Shown here: in pieces, positions 8,201 to 16,778 of the stretch | How the letters are laid out: each line of letters begins with the position of its first letter | Numbering within the stretch: position 1 is the stretch's first letter | Source of the DNA: Candidatus Omnitrophota bacterium | GTDB lineage: Bacteria > Omnitrophota > Gorgyraeia > Zapsychrales > Zapsychraceae | Reading direction: 5' to 3' | DNA: 64,000 bases | Assembly: GCA_020632515.1 (NCBI GenBank) | Contig: JACKFK010000006.1 | Span: 139,876-203,875 of the forward strand | Notes under the pieces: generated by a model | Database searches by the model: none | Told to the model about the DNA's origin: nothing | What the model saw: only the letters and a program-made list of their open reading frames with translations | Translations under genes and position numbers: made by a program

Positions 8201-11200
8201 GTTCCGTCTTTGAATTCACAGCGTTCAACTTTGATATGATTCGCGGTGGAATTGATTTCAAGGCCGTTAAGGATATTTTTTGCATCAAACGTCAGGTGAA
8301 TTAACTTAATAAATTGTTCACCCTGATTAAATTTTAATATCGAAGAGCCGGTAGTAGTTTTTAATACGACTATTTCATCAGGATAGCTTGTGATTATAAT
8401 TGGATCATCCCATGAAGTTCCGTTTGGAATGATAGTGTTTGCTGGAATTGTGTACATACCGTCGCGTAGATATAGAGTGTCTCCTGGAAGAAGCAGGCTT
8501 AAGGCTTTGGTGATTGTCTTTAATGGAAAGTTTTCAGTTCCAGGATTTGTGTCATTTCCTGTTGGCGAAAGATAATAGCTTTTATGATTTGTCTGCGTGT
8601 GATTCTCAACCGTGACATTGATAACGGATGATGTGGTTTGATTACCGGCAGCATCTTTGGCCACAGCTTTTAATGTATGAGTTCCGTTTGTATCCAACGT
8701 TGTGTTCCAATTGATAGTGAATGGTTCTTGTGTTTTGGCAATGCCTAAAGGTTTATTATCCAGCATGAATTGAACACTTGTTACACCGACATTATCGTTG
8801 GCTTGCGCGGTAATTGTAATCGTATTAAAAATAAGCGCGTTATTTAATGGTGCTGTTAATGAAATAGAAGGGGCGATATTGTCAACAGCTGGAGTTAATG
8901 AACAATCTATTTCACAACCGTCTCCGGAAATATCATTCGCATCATCACATTCTTCATTGAGTCCTGATTGCACAATGCCATCGCCGCAAGTTTCAACGAT
9001 ACAGTTGGCCGAGCATCCATCATTTGAGGTTTGATTACCATCATCGCACTGTTCGGGAGTTTCGGTTGTTCCGTTCCCGCATTGGGCAGCCGTAATTCCA
9101 GAGCAAGTGACGTTGCATTGGTTTGGTTGGCCATTTTGTTGACCGTCATCACAAATTTCGTTGCCATCAATGGATCCGTCTCCACAGAATAATTGACTGG
9201 AACAGTTGTTAAATCCTGAACACTGTTGATTACAACTTTTATTTCCAGGATATCCGGCTGTTGTTGTGCAGGATGTAAGGTTGCCATCACAAAGTTCACC
9301 AATGCCGGTTTGAATAATCTGATCTCCACAAATCTCATTTTTACATTGTGCGTTACAGCCATCATTCGATTTTATATTACCATCATCACATTGCTCGCCG
9401 GATTCGAGAATATTGTTGCCGCAGACTGCTGTAGTTTTAGCAGAGCAGGAGGCATTACATTTGTTAGGTTGGCCATTTAAAGAGCCATCATCGCATGTTT
9501 CAGTGCCATTGATGACGCCATCGCCGCAAAATTCGCTTTGACATTGCGCGTTACAACCGTCATTAGAGATAATGTTACCATCGTCGCATTCTTCGCCGGA
9601 TTCAAGAACGTTGTTGCCGCAGATACCTGTGGTCTGTCCGGAGCAGGTGCTGTTGCAATGATTTGGCTGTCCGTTTAACTGAGCTTCATCACAAATTTCC
9701 GATCCATTAACAATGCCGTCGCCGCAAGACTCACTGCTGATACAGGCTGTGAAACCAGTACATAAATTGTTGCATTCCTTTGTTCCTTTATAGCCTTTGT
9801 TCGTTGTGCAGCCTCTGCTGTTAGCATCGCATATTTCATGAACTCCTGAGCCATTATTCATTTGAACAATCCCATCGCCACAAATTGTAAGCTGACATGA
9901 GCTTGTACATTGTGAAGATCCTGTAGACCCGTCGTCGCATTCTTCGCCGTTTTCCTGGATGGAATTTCCGCAAACAGCAGTGGTGATGGCTGTACAACTG
10001 CTGTTACAATGATTGGCTTGCCCGTTAATTGTGCCTTCGTCACAGATTTCATGACCGTTTATAATGCCATCGCCGCAAAATTCTGAAGATACGCATGATG
10101 AAAAAGCTGTGCATTGATCGTTGCAGTATTTTGTTCCAGCATAACCGGTGCTAGTTAAACAGGATTCATTATTCGAATCGCAGATTTCAGTAACTTGATT
10201 TCCGTTTGGAGATTGTATAAGATGATCCCCGCATTGCGTGATTTTGCAGTCTATATTACATTGAGAAGATCCTGCAGAGCCGTCATCGCATTCCTCACCG
10301 TCTTCTATAATATCGTTACCACAAGTGCTGGGAACTTTACCATTACAGCTTATATTACACTGATTCGGTTGACCATTTAAAGAAGCGTCATCACAGGTTT
10401 CTTGGCCGTTAATGATGCCGTCGCCGCAGAAATTTGAACTCACACACATTGAAAATCCACTGCATTCTGTATTGCAGTCTTGAGAACCAACATACCCATC
10501 GGTAGTGATACATTGCTGCGAATTGCTATCGCAGGTTTCTGTTTTTTTCATGCCATTGAGAGATTGAATAATTTGATCGCCGCATTTGGTTAATTGACAT
10601 TGAGAGGTGCATTGATCAGATCCTTCACTTCCGTCATCACATGATTCTCCAGATTCTTGAACGCTATTGCCGCAAACAGGGGAAGTGATGGCTGTACATT
10701 GTTGATTACAATGGTTTGGTTGCCCGTTGAGGGTGCCATCATCACATTGCTCATGTCCATTGATAATTCCATCACCGCAAGATTCAATGGCTGTACATGT
10801 ATTGAAATTAGAGCATTGATTGTTACATTGTTGAGTACCTTTATATCCACTATCAGTCGTACAGGATTGACTGTTCGAATCACAGATTTCGTTAAAGTTA
10901 AATCCGTTTGGTTTTTGAATAGTTCCATCATTACAGTAGGTGAAGTTACATTGTGCGCTGCAACGCTGAGATCCATTGGGGCCATCGTCACAAATCTCAC
11001 TGCCTTCGATGATGTTGTTCCCACAAATTGCGGCGGTTAATCCGGAACAGGAGGTGTTGCATTTATTCGGCTGGCCGTTGGCAGTTCCGTTATCACAAAC
11101 CTCATTATTATTTTTTATACCATCGCCGCAAAATTCCAACTGACATGTATTGGTGCAGCCATCCCCGGAAACTGTATTACCATCATCACATTTCTCTCCG

Positions 11201-14200
11201 AGGGATGTCTGAAGAATACTGTCTCCACAGAATTCAATCTGACATTTGTTGGAACAGCCGTCACCGGAGAAAATATTATGATCGTCACATTGTTCGCCTA
11301 ATCCTTTTTGAATGATATTGTCTCCGCAAATTTCCAATTTACAGGAAGAAGAGCAGCCGTCTCCTGAGACTTTGTTGCCGTCATCGCAAAATTCTCCGAT
11401 AGCCGATTGACGGATGCCGTCGCCGCAAAATTCTAAAGTACAGGATGAGGAACAACCGTCTTTATCTGTTAAATTGCTGTCGTCGCATTCCTCACCAGAT
11501 TCTTTAAAACCGTTGCCGCAAACAGCGGGTGTGGTGCCGGAACATGTTGCATTACATTGATTCGGTTGACTGTTTAAATTTCCGTCATCACATTGCTCAT
11601 TTTGTTCAAGGATTTGGTTTCCGCAAATAGGAGCGGTAATTCCGCTGCAAGACGTGTTGCAAGCATTCGGTTGACCGTTTTGAACACCGTCGTCACAAAC
11701 TTCGTTATTGTTTTTGATGTTGTCCCCGCAAACTTCTTTTAAACATTGCGCGGTACAACCGTCGTTAGAAACAGTATTGCCATCGTCACATTGCTCGCCT
11801 AAAGTGCTTTGCGTGATGCCGTCTCCGCAGGACTCGCTGCGGCAGGTTTGGCTGCAGCCGTCACCGGATACTGTATTACCGTCATCACAGACTTCACCGA
11901 TTGTATTTTGAATGAGACCGTCTCCACAGAATTCTGTAATACACGATTTATTACAGCCGTCACCGGAAAGGTTGTTGCCGTCATCGCATTGCTCGCCTAA
12001 ACCAATTTGTGTGATTCCATCTCCACAGGTTTCAATTTGACAGGAGCTGGAGCAAGTATCTTCGGAGATTGTATTATGATCATCACAACTTTCCCCAGTT
12101 TCTTGAACACCGTTGCCGCAGATAGAAGGCGAGACGCCGTCGCAAGTTGTGCTGCAGGCATTGGGCGCGCCGTTGTTAATACCATCATCACACGTTTCTC
12201 CTAATTGAGATTGGATAATGCCGTCTCCACAAATTTCCTGAACACATTCATTGGTGCAACCATCGCCGGATATTTGATTACCGTCATCACATTCTTCATT
12301 AAGTCCAGGTTGAACGATCTGATCGCCACAGCTTTCCAAATGACATTGTGAAGAGCATCCATCTTCGGATTGGATGTTTCCATCGTCACAAACTTCATTG
12401 GCTTCTATAATACTATTGCCGCATGCTGAAGGAGTAACACCGTTGCAAGTTGCATTACAATGATTAGGAGTATTGTTTTGATTGCCATCATCACACGTTT
12501 CTTGGCCATTCAAAATACCGTCTCCACAAAACTCGACAGGTGAACATGACGTGAAGCTTAAGCAATCTCCTTGGCATACTTGAGTTCCTTGATAACCGTC
12601 GTTTGTAACACAGTTCTGCGTGTTGGAATCACAAATTTCTTGAACGGTATGTCCATTCGGTGTTTGCACAGTGCCGTCTCCGCAGGATGTTAAAAGACAG
12701 GAGGGTGTACAAAGAGAAGAGCCTTGCGTACCATCATCGCATTCTTCATTAGATTCTTTAACACCATTACCGCAGATAGGGTTCGTTATGCCGCTGCAGG
12801 AGTTGTTGCACGCATTCGGTGTTCCATTGTTTTCGCCATCATCACATGTTTCCGTACCGTTTTTAATGCCGTCGCCGCAAAATTCCGTGGAAGAACATCC
12901 CAAAAATCCAGAGCATGAAGTATTGCAGCTTTGAGAACCTGCATATCCTTCAGGTGTTGTACAGTTTTGTATATTTTTATCACAGACTTCGCTTAAATTT
13001 GGTTGAATGATACCGTCGCCACAAATTTCCTGTTTACAGCTGGCGTTACATCCATCCCCGCTGATCGTGTTATGATCGTCACAGTTTTCACCAAGCTTTG
13101 GTTGGATAATGCCATCGCCGCAAAATTCGATCTTACATTTCGAAGAGCATCCGTCTCCGGAAAAGAGGTTGTGGTCATCACATTCTTCACCCAGTCCTGG
13201 TTGAACAATGCTGTCTCCACAGATTTCAATTTGACACGATGCCGAACACCCATCGCCAGAGATGTTGTTCCCATCATCACATTTTTCACCAAGATTATTT
13301 TGACGAATGCCATCCCCACAGGATTCATTGTGGCATTGATTGTCACACCCATCACCATTAGCGGTGTTGCCGTCATCACATTCTTCTCCTAAACCGGATT
13401 GACGGATATTATCTCCGCAAAATTCCTTAATACAGTTTTGGGTGCAGCCGTCACCGGAAGAATGATTGCCATCATCGCATTCTTCAGAAGGTTCAATAAC
13501 GTTGTTACCGCAAACAGAGGGGCAGTCTTGTGAACATGTTAAGGAAGACTCTGCTGGTTCTGTACAAACACCGTCACCACAAAATAAATCAGAGCGGCAG
13601 TTTTCAAATGATGAGCATTGATCGTTACAATTTTGAATGCCCGGATAGCCGTTGGTTGTTGTACAATTTTTTTGCTCTGAATCACAGGTTTCATTTAATC
13701 CTGGTTGAATGATGCCGTCACCGCAAGATTCAATAATACATTGATTGGAACATCCATCTTCGGAGGATTGATTGCCGTCATCACATTGTTCACCTAGGCC
13801 TGATTGGATAATGCCGTCGCCACAAATTTCAATTTGGCAAGAAGCTGAACAACCGTCCTCGGAGTTTACGTTGTTGTCATCACATTCTTCCTGGGGTTCA
13901 AGAATTCCGTTTCCGCATTCAGCCGGACAATCAGTAGAACAATTAAGTGATGATTCAGCTGATGATGTACAGATGCCGTCTCCGCAGAATAAAGAAGTGG
14001 CACACTCGTTGAATGAAGCGCAGTTATCATTACAAGATTGTTCTCCTGGATATCCTTCTGCTGTTGTACAGTTTTGTGTGTTGGAATCGCAGGCTTCTCC
14101 AATACCTGTTTGCGTTATTTCATCTCCACAGAATTCGTTGATACAATTCGCTGAACAACCGTCGCCGGAATTAAGGTTGCCGTCATCACATTCTTCTTGC

Positions 14201-16407
14201 GGTTCGGTAATGCCATTTCCGCATTGGGCCGGACAATCGGTTAAACAATTGAAAGGTGATTCAACTGAAGAGGTGCAAATTTGGTCGCCGCAAAAGAGAT
14301 CGCTTTGACAAGTATTAAAAGCAGAACAGTCGTTTGTACACGTTTGAGTTCCGGGATATCCTGTGTCAGTGGTACAGTCTTGAATGTTGGTATCACAAAT
14401 TTCGTTTAATCCAGGTTGGGTGATTTGATCTCCACAGAATTCCAATTGGCAGGAAGAGGAGCAACCGTCTTCAGATGTTTGATTGCCGTCATCGCAAGCT
14501 TCATTAAGGGCGGATTGTTGAATACCGTCCCCGCAAAATTCGATAATACAATTTTCATTACAACCGTCTCCGGATTCGTTGTTTTGGTCGTCACATTCTT
14601 CACTTAAATTCGGATGGACAATGCCGTCGCCGCAAAATTCTACAATACATAGGTGATTACATCCATCTCCATCAATAGTGTTTTGATCATCACATTCTTC
14701 ACCAAGTTGAGGATGAAGAATGCCATCGCCGCAGATTTCAGCAACACAGTTGGTGTCACACCCATCGCCAATAATGCTGTTGCCATCATCGCATTGTTCG
14801 TTTAAAGATTTTTGGGTAATGCCATCCCCGCAGATTTCGATCTGACATGTGGCTGAACAACCGTCTTCGGAATCTTGATTTCCATCATCGCATGCTTCAC
14901 CATTTTCGATGACACTATTGCCGCAGACAGGTTGGCAATCATTGCCGCAGATATTTGCGTTCTCTGGTTGAGAACAGATACCATCGCCGCAAAAGAGGGT
15001 TGTTATACATGGCTCAAAGGCAGAACATTCAGTGTTACATGTTTGTGTTCCAGCGTACCCATCTGTTGTGGTACAAGCGATAATGTCTTGATCGCAGAAT
15101 TCATCGAGTCCTTTTTGGGTAACACCGTCGCCACAAAATTCTTTTAAACAGGCATCGGAACAACCGTCTTCGGATTGTTGGTTTGCATCGTCACATTCTT
15201 CACCGATTCCGGTTTGAATTGTTCCATCCCCGCAGAATTCGAGTTGACAAGAACTGGAGCATCCGTCTCGGTTAACAGTGTTTTGGTCGTCGCATTCTTC
15301 ACCAAGTCCTTTTTGGATGATTCCGTCTGAGCAGAACTCACGTTGACAAGAAGAGGAACATCCATCTTCAGAGTTTTGGTTACCGTCATCGCATTGTTCA
15401 CCTTGATTGGGATGCACAATTCCGTCACCACAAAATTCTAATAAACATTGCGCAGTACAGCCATCCCCATTGAGTTTATTTCCATCATCACATTCTTCGC
15501 CGAAAGAAGTTTGAATGTTACCATCTCCGCAGCGGTCAACGGTTCCTACTGTGATGCTGCCACCATAAATAACAGTTGGCGTGGTTGGGGCGGATGTATT
15601 TGTTGTTTGTTGGTTATTGGTTGAAGGCGCGTTTTCAGTTGAAGGTGATTCAGTAAATGTGCTGTTACTTGATGATGAGCTGTTAGATTGTTGCTTTTTA
15701 TTATTGGAGTCGTTCTTCGAAGATTTTTCCAGATCAGGACAGTCTAACGGACAAGATCGATTGTTTTCCCGCGGAGAAGAACAGATGCTGTCGCCGCAAA
15801 ATTCTCTCTGACAGTTTGCGGAACAACCGTCTCCGGAATTGATGTTACGGTCGTCGCATTGTTCCCCTAACCCAACCTGAACCAGCCCGTCTCCGCAGAA
15901 TTCGGTTTGACAGGTCGCAGAGCAACCGTCTTCAGATTTAAGGTTACCATCATCACATAATTCTCCTAAAGAGGTTTGAACAATACCATCAGAGCATAGT
16001 TCATACTGGCAATTTGCGGAACAGCCGTCTTCCGATTGGGTGTTGCCGTCATCGCATTGTTCATCGGAATCAATTTGCAAAATATTGTCGCCGCAGAATC
16101 CAGGGGTTGAAGCGTCTTCAGTTAATTGGGGCGAGTAAATCATTTCGAATGGCGCTGTTTTACCAGAATCTATGGTGTCGTATAGAGCTTCATAATCAAA
16201 AGCATTGGATGAAAAAGAATTGTAATTATTGGAGGAAATTATAGAGTTTTTGTTGGTATAGGAATTAAGGGGATTAAATCCATTTACTGTGATTCTATAA
16301 GGATTTTGCGAGCGAGCATAGTCCTGCCCAGACGCAGTCTTTATATGTAATCCGATTGTTGCGAATACGGTAATAATGAGTACGCTCTTTAAATAAGACT
16401 TAAACAT
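5227..16407 (-). CDS. Giant secreted protein 1 (3726 aa): signal peptide, about 67 Cys-rich repeats, Ig-like domain, 3 parallel beta-helix modules, poly-Pro linker
   Basis: Single uninterrupted ORF. N-terminal MFKSYLKSVLIITVFATIGLHIKTASG|Q looks like a Sec signal peptide. AGAGGA lies 3 nt upstream of the ATG. Domain content is listed in the sub-features. Confidence 0.9.
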   Translation of the reverse strand: MFKSYLKSVLIITVFATIGLHIKTASGQDYARSQNPYRITVNGFNPLNSYTNKNSIISSNNYNSFSSNAFDYEALYDTIDSGKTAPFEMIYSPQLTEDASTPGFCGDNILQIDSDEQCDDGNTQSEDGCSANCQYELCSDGIVQTSLGELCDDGNLKSEDGCSATCQTEFCGDGLVQVGLGEQCDDRNINSGDGCSANCQREFCGDSICSSPRENNRSCPLDCPDLEKSSKNDSNNKKQQSNSSSSSNSTFTESPSTENAPSTNNQQTTNTSAPTTPTVIYGGSITVGTVDRCGDGNIQTSFGEECDDGNKLNGDGCTAQCLLEFCGDGIVHPNQGEQCDDGNQNSEDGCSSSCQREFCSDGIIQKGLGEECDDQNTVNRDGCSSSCQLEFCGDGTIQTGIGEECDDANQQSEDGCSDACLKEFCGDGVTQKGLDEFCDQDIIACTTTDGYAGTQTCNTECSAFEPCITTLFCGDGICSQPENANICGNDCQPVCGNSVIENGEACDDGNQDSEDGCSATCQIEICGDGITQKSLNEQCDDGNSIIGDGCDTNCVAEICGDGILHPQLGEECDDQNTIDGDGCNHLCIVEFCGDGIVHPNLSEECDDQNNESGDGCNENCIIEFCGDGIQQSALNEACDDGNQTSEDGCSSSCQLEFCGDQITQPGLNEICDTNIQDCTTDTGYPGTQTCTNDCSAFNTCQSDLFCGDQICTSSVESPFNCLTDCPAQCGNGITEPQEECDDGNLNSGDGCSANCINEFCGDEITQTGIGEACDSNTQNCTTAEGYPGEQSCNDNCASFNECATSLFCGDGICTSSAESSLNCSTDCPAECGNGILEPQEECDDNNVNSEDGCSASCQIEICGDGIIQSGLGEQCDDGNQSSEDGCSNQCIIESCGDGIIQPGLNETCDSEQKNCTTTNGYPGIQNCNDQCSSFENCRSDLFCGDGVCTEPAESSLTCSQDCPSVCGNNVIEPSEECDDGNHSSGDGCTQNCIKEFCGDNIRQSGLGEECDDGNTANGDGCDNQCHNESCGDGIRQNNLGEKCDDGNNISGDGCSASCQIEICGDSIVQPGLGEECDDHNLFSGDGCSSKCKIEFCGDGIIQPKLGENCDDHNTISGDGCNASCKQEICGDGIIQPNLSEVCDKNIQNCTTPEGYAGSQSCNTSCSGFLGCSSTEFCGDGIKNGTETCDDGENNGTPNACNNSCSGITNPICGNGVKESNEECDDGTQGSSLCTPSCLLTSCGDGTVQTPNGHTVQEICDSNTQNCVTNDGYQGTQVCQGDCLSFTSCSPVEFCGDGILNGQETCDDGNQNNTPNHCNATCNGVTPSACGNSIIEANEVCDDGNIQSEDGCSSQCHLESCGDQIVQPGLNEECDDGNQISGDGCTNECVQEICGDGIIQSQLGETCDDGINNGAPNACSTTCDGVSPSICGNGVQETGESCDDHNTISEDTCSSSCQIETCGDGITQIGLGEQCDDGNNLSGDGCNKSCITEFCGDGLIQNTIGEVCDDGNTVSGDGCSQTCRSESCGDGITQSTLGEQCDDGNTVSNDGCTAQCLKEVCGDNIKNNNEVCDDGVQNGQPNACNTSCSGITAPICGNQILEQNEQCDDGNLNSQPNQCNATCSGTTPAVCGNGFKESGEECDDSNLTDKDGCSSSCTLEFCGDGIRQSAIGEFCDDGNKVSGDGCSSSCKLEICGDNIIQKGLGEQCDDHNIFSGDGCSNKCQIEFCGDSILQTSLGEKCDDGNTVSGDGCTNTCQLEFCGDGIKNNNEVCDNGTANGQPNKCNTSCSGLTAAICGNNIIEGSEICDDGPNGSQRCSAQCNFTYCNDGTIQKPNGFNFNEICDSNSQSCTTDSGYKGTQQCNNQCSNFNTCTAIESCGDGIINGHEQCDDGTLNGQPNHCNQQCTAITSPVCGNSVQESGESCDDGSEGSDQCTSQCQLTKCGDQIIQSLNGMKKTETCDSNSQQCITTDGYVGSQDCNTECSGFSMCVSSNFCGDGIINGQETCDDASLNGQPNQCNISCNGKVPSTCGNDIIEDGEECDDGSAGSSQCNIDCKITQCGDHLIQSPNGNQVTEICDSNNESCLTSTGYAGTKYCNDQCTAFSSCVSSEFCGDGIINGHEICDEGTINGQANHCNSSCTAITTAVCGNSIQENGEECDDGSTGSSQCTSSCQLTICGDGIVQMNNGSGVHEICDANSRGCTTNKGYKGTKECNNLCTGFTACISSESCGDGIVNGSEICDEAQLNGQPNHCNSTCSGQTTGICGNNVLESGEECDDGNIISNDGCNAQCQSEFCGDGVINGTETCDDGSLNGQPNKCNASCSAKTTAVCGNNILESGEQCDDGNIKSNDGCNAQCKNEICGDQIIQTGIGELCDGNLTSCTTTAGYPGNKSCNQQCSGFNNCSSQLFCGDGSIDGNEICDDGQQNGQPNQCNVTCSGITAAQCGNGTTETPEQCDDGNQTSNDGCSANCIVETCGDGIVQSGLNEECDDANDISGDGCEIDCSLTPAVDNIAPSISLTAPLNNALIFNTITITAQANDNVGVTSVQFMLDNKPLGIAKTQEPFTINWNTTLDTNGTHTLKAVAKDAAGNQTTSSVINVTVENHTQTNHKSYYLSPTGNDTNPGTENFPLKTITKALSLLLPGDTLYLRDGMYTIPANTIIPNGTSWDDPIIITSYPDEIVVLKTTTGSSILKFNQGEQFIKLIHLTFDAKNILNGLEINSTANHIKVERCEFKDGTNHGIIITGTADNIAITNSLIHHFGQNGIYMDQASNVTIHNNTIAQNNQNGVFLTNNAETADLTNNLISYHTNTGIEISAQAKTVSLTNNLLSLNNTNLKNNSSTAILTDNLIGDEFDPLFISLASKDYKLSRTSPAVNSGKEILNIFEDFDGLNRPLDFNYDIGAFEYNEPLPWINTFIPLREFYVSANGTGAGTSANPMNIDQAISNATAGDLYWLMDGTYQGAYTLIANGSKQYPIVFRAINNNQVTIEGNFTIKGKYNWIWGMEITDPDGISSGAGVVVLAEGLHLINNYIHHTFNKIGVQAWDFGRDHVFYGNIIHSAGKGSATATTNAHGITIRNSYENNGWKYFVNNILIDNDANAAYNFHAYSECQNCTPSVTGLYLESNIFANRPFIIGEFTNSSSHITLNKNYFYNTSPILGALMPLQAEFKNNYLGRGGLTISKFWGDDIADNSKPTPNIYTGNSFLLPPADHITISTAVTTDNNCEGCSNLDPDDVIDDNTFSGTFKGSLKADNLTFTSLNINQWQNETSLAGKMFDNNSTEIPLTLSNKISIIPNDYNPKKSFLLIFNWKLNTTVAVDLSQVVEQNQTFGIYDIKDAFGLPLVSGNYNGPVDVPVASAEFSTYLIKTDIELPSPEPPPPPPPPPPPSTGASYYVSLIGNDSNSGSKTSPWRTINKGCNTVKAGETLFIEDGLYNESVECHTNSGTSTKPITIKAVNSKKVTIQTSTGVNNLYIHDVSHIIVDGIIVKNAVVGFRIGNDSFSGSGKTEFITVKNSETHGHGHWGIGITGSLQHPTHNVTIDNVKVSTTNLAGGGGNGHGIKLASNTVEKHSSGVVIKNSEIYSNWYHGIQASVGWDDVTIFGCNIHDNSQRGSNTGGGVRVGSTVGADIYDNTFTGSLQIGVYMQSDSTQVKVHNNRMLNNRWGVKVERGMLGAIDITDNYLEGNTGAMYISNSIDVDVLRNTFKANGKPNVQLGPNTSSINISGNIDL
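5230..6255 (-). other. Parallel beta-helix module 3 (C-terminal) of giant protein 1
   Basis: SYYVSLIGNDSNSGSKTSPWRTINKGCNTVKAGETLFIEDGLYNES cap. Repeated turns (HGIGITG, HGIKLAS, HGIQASV, NN.W). Confidence 0.7.
6256..6288 (-). repeat. 11 consecutive proline codons (linker PSPE-P11-S)
   Basis: Read directly: ccc cct cca cca ccg ccg cct cct ccg cca cct on the minus strand. Confidence 0.95.
6301..7670 (-). other. Parallel beta-helix module 2 plus a C-terminal beta-sandwich-like domain (about 6301-6700) of giant protein 1
   Basis: FYVSANGTGAGTSANPMNIDQAISNATAGDLYWLMDGTY cap. Repeated NN.I.H turns. Distal segment SLNINQWQ...FSTYLIKTD. Confidence 0.55.
7690..8585 (-). other. Parallel beta-helix module 1 of giant protein 1
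   Basis: N-cap YYLSPTGNDTNPGTENFPLKTITKAL....PGDTLYLRDGMY. Repeated N.I..N....GI turns. C-terminal SPAVNSG....DFDG..RP....YDIGAFEY. Confidence 0.7.
8600..8890 (-). other. Ig-like (bacterial Ig / cadherin-like) domain of giant protein 1
   Basis: DNIAPSISLTAP...ANDNVGVTSVQF.LDNKPLG...PF.INWNT....NGTHTLKAVAKDAAGN...S..INVTV. Confidence 0.6.
8900..16098 (-). repeat. Array of about 67 cysteine-rich repeats (33-52 aa units; consensus CGDG(I/V).Q..LGE.CDDGN..SGDGCS..C..E.), interrupted once by an S/N/T/Q-rich linker (about 15560-15735)
   Basis: Hand parse of the translation gives 4 units before the linker and 63 after. The consensus matches my memory of the Myxococcus cysteine-rich repeat (TIGR02232 / Pfam DUF4215, PF13948). 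Not verified by HMM. Confidence 0.8.
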
Positions 16408-16617
16408 TCATCCTCTGCTTAAGTCCTAAATAAGGAAGCCTGTTTCTTGAACTACAAGAGACAGGCCTAAACCATTCAAAATCAAAATTACCATCTTGAT
16501 TTTGGCGGCTAGGCTATCCTTATTTAAGGACCCTTGGCTTTGCTCTTACAAGTAATTGCTTGTAAGACTCTTCAAAACTTAATTAATGTTTGAAGAGGTC
16601 CCTGGGTTACCCCAGGT
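16408..16617 (-). promoter_or_regulatory. Highly structured candidate 5' leader of giant gene 1 (six helices)
   Basis: Pairings read directly:
- 16423-16440 with 16512-16531 (18 bp, 2 bulges), enclosing hairpins 16441-16449/16455-16463 and 16477-16485/16496-16504.
- 16544-16552/16559-16567.
- 16568-16576/16589-16597.
- 16601-16606/16611-16616, whose loop reads GUAA on the minus strand.
Strand assignment is inferred. Confidence 0.4.
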
Positions 16618-16778
16618 TTGCCTTTTACATTTCAAGAATTTGCTGTTTGCTTATTCAAGTATATACGGTAATTGAATAAAAATAATCGAGTGAATTGGAG
16701 ATGCAGGAAAACGTTTTCTTTTGCTGTTTTTTAGAGTTTTTTAAATATGGGGTATTTACGTATTACTAAATACATATC

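Noticed and set aside
5687-16244. About 35 short ORFs (60-180 aa) on both strands inside giant gene 1
   Set aside because: All are nested in the 3726-aa frame. They arise because the repetitive GAT/GGN/TGY codon pattern leaves alternative and antisense frames stop-poor. Their translations are low-complexity with no motifs or RBS.
16650-16680. TTGAATAAAA shared upstream of both giant genes (also at 28368-28377) as a common operator
   Set aside because: By a rough composition estimate, about one chance occurrence of this A/T-rich 10-mer is expected per 64 kb on both strands. The two copies have opposite orientation relative to their genes, and similar strings occur at 19738 and 25861.
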